The notes below the pieces were generated by a model. It searched no databases. It was not told where the DNA came from and saw only the letters and a list, made by a program, of their open reading frames with translations. Shown piece by piece: positions 49,272 to 56,042 of a stretch of DNA of 56,042 nt. The stretch comes from an uncultured virus (IMG/VR IMGVR_UViG_3300027732_001162) (Duplodnaviria > Heunggongvirae > Uroviricota > Caudoviricetes), in IMG/VR virus record IMGVR_UViG_3300027732_001162; one strand, written 5' to 3'. Each line of letters opens with the position of its first letter. Within the stretch, counting starts at the first letter, position 1. The position numbers were made by a program, and so were the translations under genes.

Positions 49272-50687
49272 TTACAGAGCGTAACGATCACTCATTACAG
49301 TCTTAAGCATGATGCCTTCTGGAGTGAACTGATCCAAGTCAGCGGCTAGCAAGCTAGTCATTATACTTGGGCTAAATCCACTTACCAAAGCCGCACCACT
49401 CTTGTCGGACGCAACAGGCACGTTATCTGAACTGTTTAGGTTCCAGAAAACAATCTGTGGCATGCTGTAGCCATAGGCTTCGAACTTGCGTTCGATCATT
49501 TCCATTGCGCTGTCGTCGTGCTTGGCGCATTGGTTGAACTGCATGTCACTCAAGATCAACAACATGGCTGGCATGTCGCTGGCTGGTACATTACCCTTAA
49601 CCGCAACGTCTAGGATCTTGTCCATAGCCGCATTTAGGTTAGTGCTCATGTCCCAGTTGCTCTTGCTCATTTGTGCCACCTTGTCAACAATGTTACCCTT
49701 TAGAGTAACAAGTTGTGGCTTGCTGGAGAAAGTCAAGAATGTGTCCTTGAACACGCCCTTGTTCTTGTCTGCTAGGTACAAGCCCAAGCTGATTGAAACA
49801 TCCATACAAGTCACACTAGTGTTCTTTCCTGCTGGGCAAGACATAGAACCGCTAACGTCTACGATTGGCATGATGCTGGCATCTCCAACGTAGTTAGGCA
49901 GGCTGTCCCATTGAGCAATCAAATGATTGATTTCTGTCTTGTCTAAAATTGCACGTTGGTAACTTCCAATCACTCCCTTCAACACGTCATGTGGGAAGAT
50001 TGCGCTGGCGTTAACCTTAACAGTCTTATCACCTGCCACCAACTTGGCCACATACTCAGCGAATGCCGGTGTGTGACGGCTGAATGCCTTCTTGTAGTTG
50101 CGTGACGCAACACTAGGCACGTGACTGAAGTTGATGTTGTCCCAATCTCCTGCACACATTTGGGTTTCAACAACTGTGGTCATTGACACCAATGACTTGC
50201 GGTACTGCTTTGGAGACATTCCGAAGAATGCTCGTACTTCAGCCGCGATCTTGCCCTTACGAGGAGTCCACTTTGCGGCCAGGCCGTTCTTGGCACGTAG
50301 GGCATCGCCCAACATGGTGTAAGCGGCTGACTTCAGAACTGGGTCTTGGAACACAAAGATGTCATCCCAACGACCTACTTCTGGGATCTTCTTTAGAAGA
50401 GCCAAAGCGGCGTCTGGATCACGCTTTTCTAGATGTACTAGAATGTCGCGGAACAGTTGACGTTCACCGGCACCACCGCGCACATCACGTGCCCATTGTG
50501 CGATGCGTAGTGCTACATCAGAGTTTTCCACGTAAGCCGCGGTGAACTCACGAGTGATGTCCTTGCCACGGCTTGCACCGATGTTGTAAAACAAGTCAAC
50601 ACAAGCTGATGCTGTGCTCTTACGTGCCTTCATACCGTTAGCGGTACGGGCTTCTTGGTTTGCTACTGCTGTTACAAATGCGTTCAT
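49272..50687 (-). CDS. TROVE + vWA domain protein (Ro60-like, DUF2828 type)
   Basis: RDVRGGAGER, GRWDD, AAKWTPR; MIDAS DVSGSM, STN, SDMQF, IVFWNL, VSGFSP. Confidence 0.85.
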   Translation of the reverse strand: MNAFVTAVANQEARTANGMKARKSTASACVDLFYNIGASRGKDITREFTAAYVENSDVALRIAQWARDVRGGAGERQLFRDILVHLEKRDPDAALALLKKIPEVGRWDDIFVFQDPVLKSAAYTMLGDALRAKNGLAAKWTPRKGKIAAEVRAFFGMSPKQYRKSLVSMTTVVETQMCAGDWDNINFSHVPSVASRNYKKAFSRHTPAFAEYVAKLVAGDKTVKVNASAIFPHDVLKGVIGSYQRAILDKTEINHLIAQWDSLPNYVGDASIMPIVDVSGSMSCPAGKNTSVTCMDVSISLGLYLADKNKGVFKDTFLTFSSKPQLVTLKGNIVDKVAQMSKSNWDMSTNLNAAMDKILDVAVKGNVPASDMPAMLLILSDMQFNQCAKHDDSAMEMIERKFEAYGYSMPQIVFWNLNSSDNVPVASDKSGAALVSGFSPSIMTSLLAADLDQFTPEGIMLKTVMSDRYAL

Positions 50688-50700
50688 TTCAATTACCTTT

Positions 50701-50753
50701 ACAGAATGTATTTTTCTTTTTACCAAAAAATTTAATGTTGCTGTTAACATTCT
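50701..50753 (-). ncRNA. ACAGCAA stem-motif unit 1
   Basis: AGAATGT-TA-ACAGCAA...ACATTCT-GT. Confidence 0.7.
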
Positions 50754-50759
50754 AAATTT

Positions 50760-50989
50760 AACAGGATGATCGTGCCAATTTGTTTAGTATTCTGGTCTGA
50801 CCAATTACGGCACTCAGACCCTATCAACATTCATGTTGCCTAGTTTGTGTTTTTCTGTACAAACATCATATTCCAGATTCTCTGGACCTATCTATTCCGT
50901 CAGTGTCTATTTCTAGAAAGCATTTCTGCCTGTCCTCCAACCACCTTCTATAGCGTTAAGATGTAGTTTTAAATTGCTGTAGTCATCCT
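50760..50989 (-). ncRNA. ACAGCAA stem-motif unit 2 (long multi-hairpin insert)
   Basis: AGGATGA-CT-ACAGCAA...TCATCCT-GTT. Confidence 0.7.
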
Positions 50990-50996
50990 ATGACTA

Positions 50997-51163
50997 AACA
51001 GGATCGTTGTTGACTGCTTTTATTTTACTCAGGCCATCACTCTGAGCTTGTTAGTGTGTTCCAGCAGTCGCCTTCAACGCTCGGTGTTTTTACGCACTCT
51101 GCTCCAACGAACTACCACAGTGACTAACGATTCATAGTATATGAATGTTGCTGTACCGATCCT
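50997..51163 (-). ncRNA. ACAGCAA stem-motif unit 3
   Basis: AGGATCG-GT-ACAGCAA...CGATCCT-GTT. Confidence 0.7.
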
Positions 51164-51200
51164 AAAACTCTTAGCTAGCATCTCTGCTTGCTATGTATCT

Positions 51201-51229
51201 ATTATAACGTGTTTGCTGTATGTTGTCAC
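51201..51229 (-). promoter_or_regulatory. sigma70-type promoter driving units 3-1 and the TROVE gene
   Basis: GTGACA-N17-TATAAT. Confidence 0.65.
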
Positions 51230-51242
51230 TACATTTTGGTTA

Positions 51243-51297
51243 AACAGGATACATTTTTCTTCATTTGCATTGAAATTAAAGTTGCTGTTAGTATCCT
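51243..51297 (-). ncRNA. ACAGCAA stem-motif unit 4
   Basis: AGGATAC-TA-ACAGCAA...GTATCCT-GTT. Confidence 0.7.
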
Positions 51298-51358
51298 AAA
51301 AGGGGCCGCACGGTTACGTGTAGCTTCCACCAACTAGTTTTGAAAAACTAGCAAAACT

Positions 51359-51436
51359 TGGAGTGGCGGGTGAGATTTGAACTCACGGTTTTTCGGATTT
51401 GCAATCCGATGCAATGGGCCTCTCTGCCACCGCCAC
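51359..51436 (-). tRNA. tRNA-Cys(GCA)
   Basis: Cloverleaf, loop TTGCAAA, U73, CCA. Confidence 0.9.
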
Positions 51437-51441
51437 GTATA

Positions 51442-51517
51442 TGGTAGGACGTGACGGGTTCGAACCGCCGACATTCTGCGTGTAAGGCAGACGCTCTACC
51501 AACTGAGCTAACGTCCT
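51442..51517 (-). tRNA. tRNA-Val(TAC)
   Basis: Loop CTTACAC, CCA. Confidence 0.95.
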
Positions 51518-51522
51518 AAATT

Positions 51523-51783
51523 TTATCTTACTTTGTTGAGATACTTGCGTGGTTCGATTTCACCACGTTGAATTTCTTCCAGTGCTGTTACAATGCTGTG
51601 AACATGTTCACGCTTGTCACTGTCTTTGTTTTGACGACGGATTTCTCTAGCACGTTCGCTAGCAACGAGAACAAGATTGAACCTGTTGCCGCCCACCATA
51701 TCAGTGCAAATTTGTGTGTCAACACCAGGGCCACGACTGAGGTCAAGCGGTTTACGAATTTCATTAAATTGACGTTGTTTCAT
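51523..51783 (-). CDS. rpoZ: RNA polymerase omega subunit-like protein
   Basis: NRFNLVLVASERAREI...VTALEEIQRG. Confidence 0.75.
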   Translation of the reverse strand: MKQRQFNEIRKPLDLSRGPGVDTQICTDMVGGNRFNLVLVASERAREIRRQNKDSDKREHVHSIVTALEEIQRGEIEPRKYLNKVR

Positions 51784-51803
51784 ATATGCTCCGTTAAAAG
51801 TTT

Positions 51804-51832
51804 ATTATACGACATAAATGCTGATATGTCAA
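51804..51832 (-). promoter_or_regulatory. sigma70-type promoter
   Basis: TTGACA-N17-TATAAT. Confidence 0.8.
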
Positions 51833-51839
51833 CATGTTT

Positions 51840-51931
51840 TGGTACCAGCGGAGGGAATCAAACCCTCTCAAGAACGCTAATCTGGCGCTAAAAGGTTTAT
51901 AAAACCTCTCTGACTGTCAAGTCTCGCTGGC
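51840..51931 (-). tRNA. Atypical tRNA with TAT anticodon (Ile), long variable arm
   Basis: GCCAGCG/CGCTGGT acceptor stem, 4-nt D loop, loop TTTATAA, T loop TTTGATT, CCA. Confidence 0.7.
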
Positions 51932-52002
51932 GAAACAATCGTGCTCTATGAACATCTCATAGCTGTGAGCTATGCGTTTTGGTTAAACTAACGATTGATA
52001 AA

Positions 52003-52078
52003 TGGTTGCGGGAGTCGGAGTCGAACCGACGATCTGAAGCTTATGAGACTTCCGAGATACCACCTTCTCCATCCCGCG
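52003..52078 (-). tRNA. tRNA-Met(CAT), initiator-like
   Basis: C1:A72 mismatch, loop CTCATAA. Confidence 0.88.
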
Positions 52079-52085
52079 ATAACTA

Positions 52086-52162
52086 TGGTCGGAGTACAAG
52101 GATTCGAACCTTGGACCCCCTGGTCCCAAACCAGGTGCGCTACCAGACTGCGCCACACTCCG
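52086..52162 (-). tRNA. tRNA-Pro(TGG)
   Basis: Loop TTTGGGA, CCA. Confidence 0.95.
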
Positions 52163-52164
52163 AA

Positions 52165-52401
52165 TTATTTCTTTCTAATCTTCATTCCAACATAGGTGCC
52201 ACAAAACGCACCCGCCATTGCTGGAATAATTGACCAATGATTGGTTGTGTAATTTATAACTGCTACACTTCCTAGCACATAACAAGCTACACTCCACGCA
52301 CTGGCCTTTAATACCTGATCGTATTGCACACATCTTAAGTAATAAGTGTAAACAATATCAAGTAAAAATATTGCAAAAAATGTTGTTATGTAGTCTATCA
52401 T
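52165..52401 (-). CDS. Small membrane protein
   Basis: 78 aa, three hydrophobic segments, GAFCGTYVG. Confidence 0.7.
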   Translation of the reverse strand: MIDYITTFFAIFLLDIVYTYYLRCVQYDQVLKASAWSVACYVLGSVAVINYTTNHWSIIPAMAGAFCGTYVGMKIRKK

Positions 52402-52408
52402 TTGAATT

Positions 52409-52482
52409 TGGAGCGGGATAAGAGAATCGAACTCTTGACCGAAGATTGGAAATCTGCTGTTTTACCATTAAACTAATCCCGC
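52409..52482 (-). tRNA. tRNA-Gly(TCC)
   Basis: Loop TTTCCAA, GCG/CGC-T-CCA. Confidence 0.92.
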
Positions 52483-52689
52483 ATGTTAAGCAAGTACATT
52501 TATGGCTTTTGCGCTGTGCTGGTGCCCTGTCCTTGCTACTGATCTTATAGACCAGTTAAATGTACTTTATTAAAACATACTCCCAACAAGTGTCTTACGC
52601 TTGTTGTACCGTGTGTTATACACATTTCCTTTGCAAGGCTCCCCCGGGTTTGGGCAACGTAGACGAAAGTATATTTTAATAAAGTATCT

Positions 52690-52765
<76 letters not shown>

Positions 52766-52774
52766 ATTAATCTA

Positions 52775-53002
52775 TTATACTGCTTCAGCTTGAGCTTCAG
52801 CAACTGTTTTGGTTGAAACTGCTTGTGTTAACATGCGAGCAGACAAAGCACGTTGAATCTTTGCCTTGTCTTTTGGCTTGCTGACTGTTGCTAGCATTTT
52901 TTCTAACTGTGCCACATTTAATGGTCCTAGTCTTGCTTTGCCATTTTTGTAAGTCATTGGATTGTTCATTCTTAATTTTTTACCACTGGCGCCTTTTGCC
53001 AT
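52775..53002 (-). CDS. Small basic protein
   Basis: AAGGAA RBS; MAKGASGKKLR... Confidence 0.65.
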   Translation of the reverse strand: MAKGASGKKLRMNNPMTYKNGKARLGPLNVAQLEKMLATVSKPKDKAKIQRALSARMLTQAVSTKTVAEAQAEAV

Positions 53003-53024
53003 ACTAGTATTCCTTTTTATGTTA

Positions 53025-53100
53025 TGGTGGAGGTGACAAGGATCGAACTTGCTACATCCTGCTTGCAAAGCAGGCGCTCTCCCAAATGAGCTACACCCCC
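53025..53100 (-). tRNA. tRNA-Ala(TGC)
   Basis: Loop TTTGCAA, G3:U70. Confidence 0.95.
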
Positions 53101-53106
53101 ACTGTA

Positions 53107-53544
53107 TTACTTATTGTTTGGATATTCGTAGTTGACAGATTCTGAGTTTTCACGCAATGTAGTTGCTCCATTCTTGTGATGGAACTTACGTGCCATCTCT
53201 GTCTTTGGACTCAGTGTCACAAAGCGTGTGATAGTTGGAAAACGTTCTTTGATCTGTGCTACAGTTTGCATTAGTAATTCTCTACCCGCACCCGGAGCAT
53301 AACTCCAAATGGTGTAAAAAACTGCTGTGTTGACTTCTTCCACTGCTTCACCCAGTTCTTCTACTGCACAGGGCACATAGTTCAACAAGTTAACACATAC
53401 CATTGCCAGCGGAGTTTCATCTCCGATTGAAGCTACGAATCGATCTTTCCCTACACGAAATTCTTTTGGAATTTCTGGGCGTACTGGATCGTCTTTGACA
53501 AAATCAAGTTTCGGATCTTTAGGGTCTGTGATAAAATGTAGCAT
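53107..53544 (-). CDS. GNAT-fold protein (malonyl-CoA decarboxylase-like motifs)
   Basis: AVFYTIWS..GAGRELL...FVTLSP. Confidence 0.6.
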   Translation of the reverse strand: MLHFITDPKDPKLDFVKDDPVRPEIPKEFRVGKDRFVASIGDETPLAMVCVNLLNYVPCAVEELGEAVEEVNTAVFYTIWSYAPGAGRELLMQTVAQIKERFPTITRFVTLSPKTEMARKFHHKNGATTLRENSESVNYEYPNNK

Positions 53545-53584
53545 GATATGGTATTTACCACTTTTCTATAAAACTAGCAGTTAA

Positions 53585-53660
53585 TGGCTCCACCTCCTGG
53601 GCTCGAACCAGGGACCAAATGATTAACAGTCATCTACTCTACCAACTGAGCTAAGGCGGA
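53585..53660 (-). tRNA. tRNA-Asn(GTT)
   Basis: Loop CTGTTAA. Confidence 0.95.
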
Positions 53661-53667
53661 ATAATTC

Positions 53668-53895
53668 TTATTTTGCTGTACTTGCTGTACCAGTGTCGTT
53701 GGTCTGGTAATTTGATTGACCACGCGGACTATTTTTATCACGCTGTGGAGCTTTCACAACAATCTTGCTGGCAAGTTCAGCATCGATACAAGCACGTTTC
53801 CATGCACCACGTTGATGTGCATCTTTGAATTTGCCAGTTGCTAAACTTATTTTAAGAAGCGGACTCATTTTGTAATTACTTGTTGGCTTTAACAT
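53668..53895 (-). CDS. Small basic protein
   Basis: AAGGAA RBS; MLKPTSNYKMS... Confidence 0.6.
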   Translation of the reverse strand: MLKPTSNYKMSPLLKISLATGKFKDAHQRGAWKRACIDAELASKIVVKAPQRDKNSPRGQSNYQTNDTGTASTAK

Positions 53896-53915
53896 ATTTT
53901 TCCTTTTATTAAAAT

Positions 53916-54005
53916 TGGCGGAATGACTGAGACTCGAACTCAGAAAGCGGCTTTCACCACTCGACGGATTAGCAATCCGCTCCAATACCATTATGGGACC
54001 ATTCC
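53916..54005 (-). tRNA. tRNA-Ser(GCT)
   Basis: Loop TTGCTAA, long V arm, G73. Confidence 0.92.
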
Positions 54006-54030
54006 TTGTGTTTTACTTATACTTCTTACT

Positions 54031-54114
54031 TGGTGCGAGAGGCGGGACTCGAACCCGCATGCCTTTCGACGGGAGATTTTAAGTCTCCTGAGTATACCAT
54101 TTCTCCACTCTCGC
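54031..54114 (-). tRNA. tRNA-Leu(TAA)
   Basis: Loop CTTAAAA, V arm. Confidence 0.93.
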
Positions 54115-54120
54115 ATTTGC

Positions 54121-54194
54121 TGGCGTACCTCCAGGGACTCGAACCCCGACGAACAGTTTTGGAGACTGTCATGCTGCCATTACATTAGAGATAC
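54121..54194 (-). tRNA. tRNA-Trp(CCA)
   Basis: Loop CTCCAAA, G73. Confidence 0.9.
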
Positions 54195-54317
54195 ATAAAA
54201 GGTGCTCGCTGTGGCGCTTGAATCCACGATAGCCCAACTCTTCATGGCCGGTCCTTGTGCATGGTCGACATTGACAAGTATTTCGGTGTTCCATTGTAGC
54301 TACTCAGCAAGCATGAT

Positions 54318-54407
54318 TGGCGGAAGCGGTGAGATTCGAACTCACGGACCCTTTCGAGCCGACAGTTTTCAAGACTGTTGCAATAAGCCGGACTCTGCCA
54401 CGCTTCC
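54318..54407 (-). tRNA. tRNA-Ser(TGA)
   Basis: Loop CTTGAAA, V arm. Confidence 0.93.
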
Positions 54408-54413
54408 TCTATT

Positions 54414-54498
54414 TGGTGGAGATTCCTGGGATCGAACCAGGCGTGCCCGAAGGCGGCGGATTTACAGTCCACTGCATCACCATTGATGCTTCATCTCC
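54414..54498 (-). tRNA. tRNA-Tyr(GTA)
   Basis: Loop CTGTAAA, V arm. Confidence 0.92.
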
Positions 54499-54505
54499 GT
54501 ATTGT

Positions 54506-54589
54506 TGGTGCCCAGGGAGAGACTCGAACTCTCAATCCTTTCGGCAGTGGCTTCTAAGACCACCGTGTATACCATTCCACCACCTGGGC
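54506..54589 (-). tRNA. tRNA-Leu(TAG)
   Basis: Loop CTTAGAA, V arm. Confidence 0.93.
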
Positions 54590-54668
54590 AATACATATTG
54601 AAACACACTAGGGGCTATGCCATCCTTACTATTCGGTCAAAGCCGAAGTTGCCTAGTGTGCTTTAATA

Positions 54669-54744
54669 TGGCGCTCCCAACGAGATTCGAACTCGTGTAC
54701 CCAACGTGAAAGGCTGGTGTCCTAGGCCACTAGACGATGGGAGC
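54669..54744 (-). tRNA. tRNA-Glu(TTC)
   Basis: Loop CTTTCAC. Confidence 0.92.
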
Positions 54745-54799
54745 ATATCTACATTTAATTTTTTAAAGAACATGTTTACTAATTGCTTAGTAAGTAGCT

Positions 54800-54828
54800 A
54801 TTATATAACATCTTGCGCTGTGTGTCAA
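54800..54828 (-). promoter_or_regulatory. sigma70-type promoter within tRNA array
   Basis: TTGACA-N17-TATAAT. Confidence 0.8.
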
Positions 54829-54836
54829 CACTTATC

Positions 54837-54911
54837 TGGCCGGGCTTGTAGGAATCGAACCTACACCGCTGGTTTCGAAGACCAGAATGATATCCATTTC
54901 ACCAAAGCCCG
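54837..54911 (-). tRNA. tRNA-Arg(TCG)
   Basis: Loop CTTCGAA. Confidence 0.88.
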
Positions 54912-54920
54912 AATTGTAAC

Positions 54921-54995
54921 TGGTCCGGCCAACAGGAATCGAACCCATATTCAAGAGGTAGAAGCTCTTTGTATTATCCATTATACTATGGCCAG
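54921..54995 (-). tRNA. tRNA-Arg(TCT)
   Basis: Loop CTTCTAC. Confidence 0.88.
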
Positions 54996-55002
54996 TTGAT
55001 CT

Positions 55003-55031
55003 ATTATAAGTTATTTGCTGACTGTTGTCAA
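55003..55031 (-). promoter_or_regulatory. sigma70-type promoter within tRNA array
   Basis: TTGACA-N17-TATAAT. Confidence 0.8.
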
Positions 55032-55105
55032 TGGTGCTCTCAGAAAGAATCGAACTTTCATTACCTCCCTACCAAAGAGGTGTTCTGCCATTTAACTATA
55101 AGAGC
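55032..55105 (-). tRNA. tRNA-Thr(GGT)
   Basis: Loop TTGGTAG. Confidence 0.85.
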
Positions 55106-55106
55106 G

Positions 55107-55184
55107 TGGTACCCAAGGTCGGACTCGAACCGACACGATTCTCCTTTTGAGAGAGACGCCTCATACCAATTGGGCTACTTGGGC
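55107..55184 (-). tRNA. tRNA-Leu(CAA), short variable region
   Basis: Loop CTCAAAA, 5-nt variable region. Confidence 0.85.
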
Positions 55185-55192
55185 ATTATGTT

Positions 55193-55266
55193 TGGTACCT
55201 CGTTGGAGAATCGAACTCCCATTAGCGGTATGTAACACCGCAGTTCTACCATTAAACTACCGAGGC
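55193..55266 (-). tRNA. Second tRNA with TAC anticodon (Val), atypical
   Basis: Loop GTTACAT, G7:A66 mismatch. Confidence 0.7.
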
Positions 55267-55273
55267 ATAAATT

Positions 55274-55349
55274 TGGGGTATCCTACCGGTATCGATCCGG
55301 TACTACCGCTTTCACAGAGCAGGGTGCAGGCCACTACACTAAGGACACC
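55274..55349 (-). tRNA. tRNA-His(GTG)
   Basis: G-1:C73, loop CTGTGAA. Confidence 0.88.
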
Positions 55350-55355
55350 ATTGAT

Positions 55356-55430
55356 TGGCACCGCCATATGGAATCGAACCACAATTACCAGTTCCGCAAA
55401 CTAGTGTATTATCCATTATACGATGGCGAT
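55356..55430 (-). tRNA. tRNA-Arg(GCG)
   Basis: Loop TTGCGGA. Confidence 0.82.
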
Positions 55431-55435
55431 ATATT

Positions 55436-55511
55436 TGGCAGGGGAGATGAGATTCGAACTCATGATGACGATTTCAAAGACCGTTGCCTTAGGCCACTAG
55501 GCGACACCCCA
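55436..55511 (-). tRNA. tRNA-Gln(TTG)
   Basis: Loop CTTTGAA, G73. Confidence 0.88.
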
Positions 55512-55568
55512 ACAGAAAAAAGAAAACTCCCAGGGGACGCTATGCGAACAAGTCTGGGAGCCATATTA

Positions 55569-55642
55569 TGGAGCGGCTAGCGAGAATCGAACTCGCGAAT
55601 AAACCTTGGCAAGGTTTCAGGTTACCATTACATCATAGCCGC
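55569..55642 (-). tRNA. tRNA-Gly(GCC)
   Basis: Loop TTGCCAA. Confidence 0.92.
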
Positions 55643-55649
55643 ATAAAAG

Positions 55650-55893
55650 TGTTAGTAAAAGACTCTGAGAAGTTTTGGTCCCTGTCAAGGAAAACTTGGC
55701 TACCCGCGAAAACAGTCGCGCTCTACTTGTCTAGCAAACATGGAGTGCCATTTACCTACAAAGATCTCCCGGACTGTAATCCTGATCTTTAACTCAGCTG
55801 AAGTGAGATTTATAACCCCTAGCTATTAAAGGCTTCCGACCTTTTATAACTTTTCTTTCGAAACTTCCGAACACCTTGAGTCTTTTACTAACA
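55650..55893. ncRNA. Candidate structured RNA closed by a perfect 16-bp inverted repeat
   Basis: tgttagtaaaagactc (55650-55665) / gagtcttttactaaca (55878-55893). Confidence 0.5.
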
Positions 55894-56042
55894 TCTTTAT
55901 TTAATAAAGTGTCAAGTTGTTCACCGCACAACCTGACAAAGCGGGGGTCTGTTGAATTTGTAAGCTGTTGCGTCCCTCTCATCGCAACCATTTTCCCGTG
56001 TAATGCTAGCCGGCCGGGTCAGGATAAGTCACTTGGAATACT

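Noticed and set aside
151..50545. Short antisense or nested ORFs inside long genes
   Set aside because: Opposite-strand shadows of well-supported CDSs.
50701..51297. CRISPR array interpretation of the repeats
   Set aside because: Repeats are non-identical, split into paired arms, have very unequal spacing, and no cas genes are present.
53671..53691. Tandem TACAGCAA on the minus strand
   Set aside because: Inside a CDS (encodes TASTAK) with no flanking 7-bp stem.
55908..56042. RNase P RNA-like 3' end (AACAGACCCCCGCTTT on minus strand)
   Set aside because: Only loose similarity to the P4 3' strand and truncated by the window edge; cannot be supported.

Overview
A 56 kb segment of a large (jumbo-type) lytic bacteriophage genome. 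It is densely coded and reads in the standard genetic code. (1) 1-19.9 kb and 45.2-49 kb: minus-strand genes behind near-consensus TTGACA-N17-TATAAT promoters, including DNA ligase, MazG-like pyrophosphatase, ClpP, peroxiredoxin, MBD4-like glycosylase, YccA/BI-1, SPFH protein, IF-1, phosphoesterases and a PNK-like kinase. (2) 20.0-44.0 kb: an AT-rich, strand-alternating enzyme island. It holds 7 radical SAM enzymes (9 in the window), about 9 Fe/2OG-type oxygenases, an APS kinase-nucleotidyltransferase fusion, a sulfotransferase, a desaturase, three SGNH-like proteins and two pseudokinase-like proteins. Many of its units have a TAAATA box a few nt before the ATG, and it ends at a tail-fibre-like gene. 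(3) 49.3-56 kb: a TROVE/vWA (Ro60-like, DUF2828-type) gene, then 25 CCA-ending tRNA genes with interspersed small genes (including RpoZ-like) and structured spacers. The strongest unexplained signal is an array of four RNA-like units directly upstream of the TROVE gene. Each has a covarying 7-bp closing stem, an invariant ACAGCAA motif and a variable insert, and two inserts resemble anticodon stem-loops. A separate 118-nt tRNA-like gene at 19.9 kb has a hairpin inserted in its anticodon loop. All product calls come from motifs read by eye; no database search was run.
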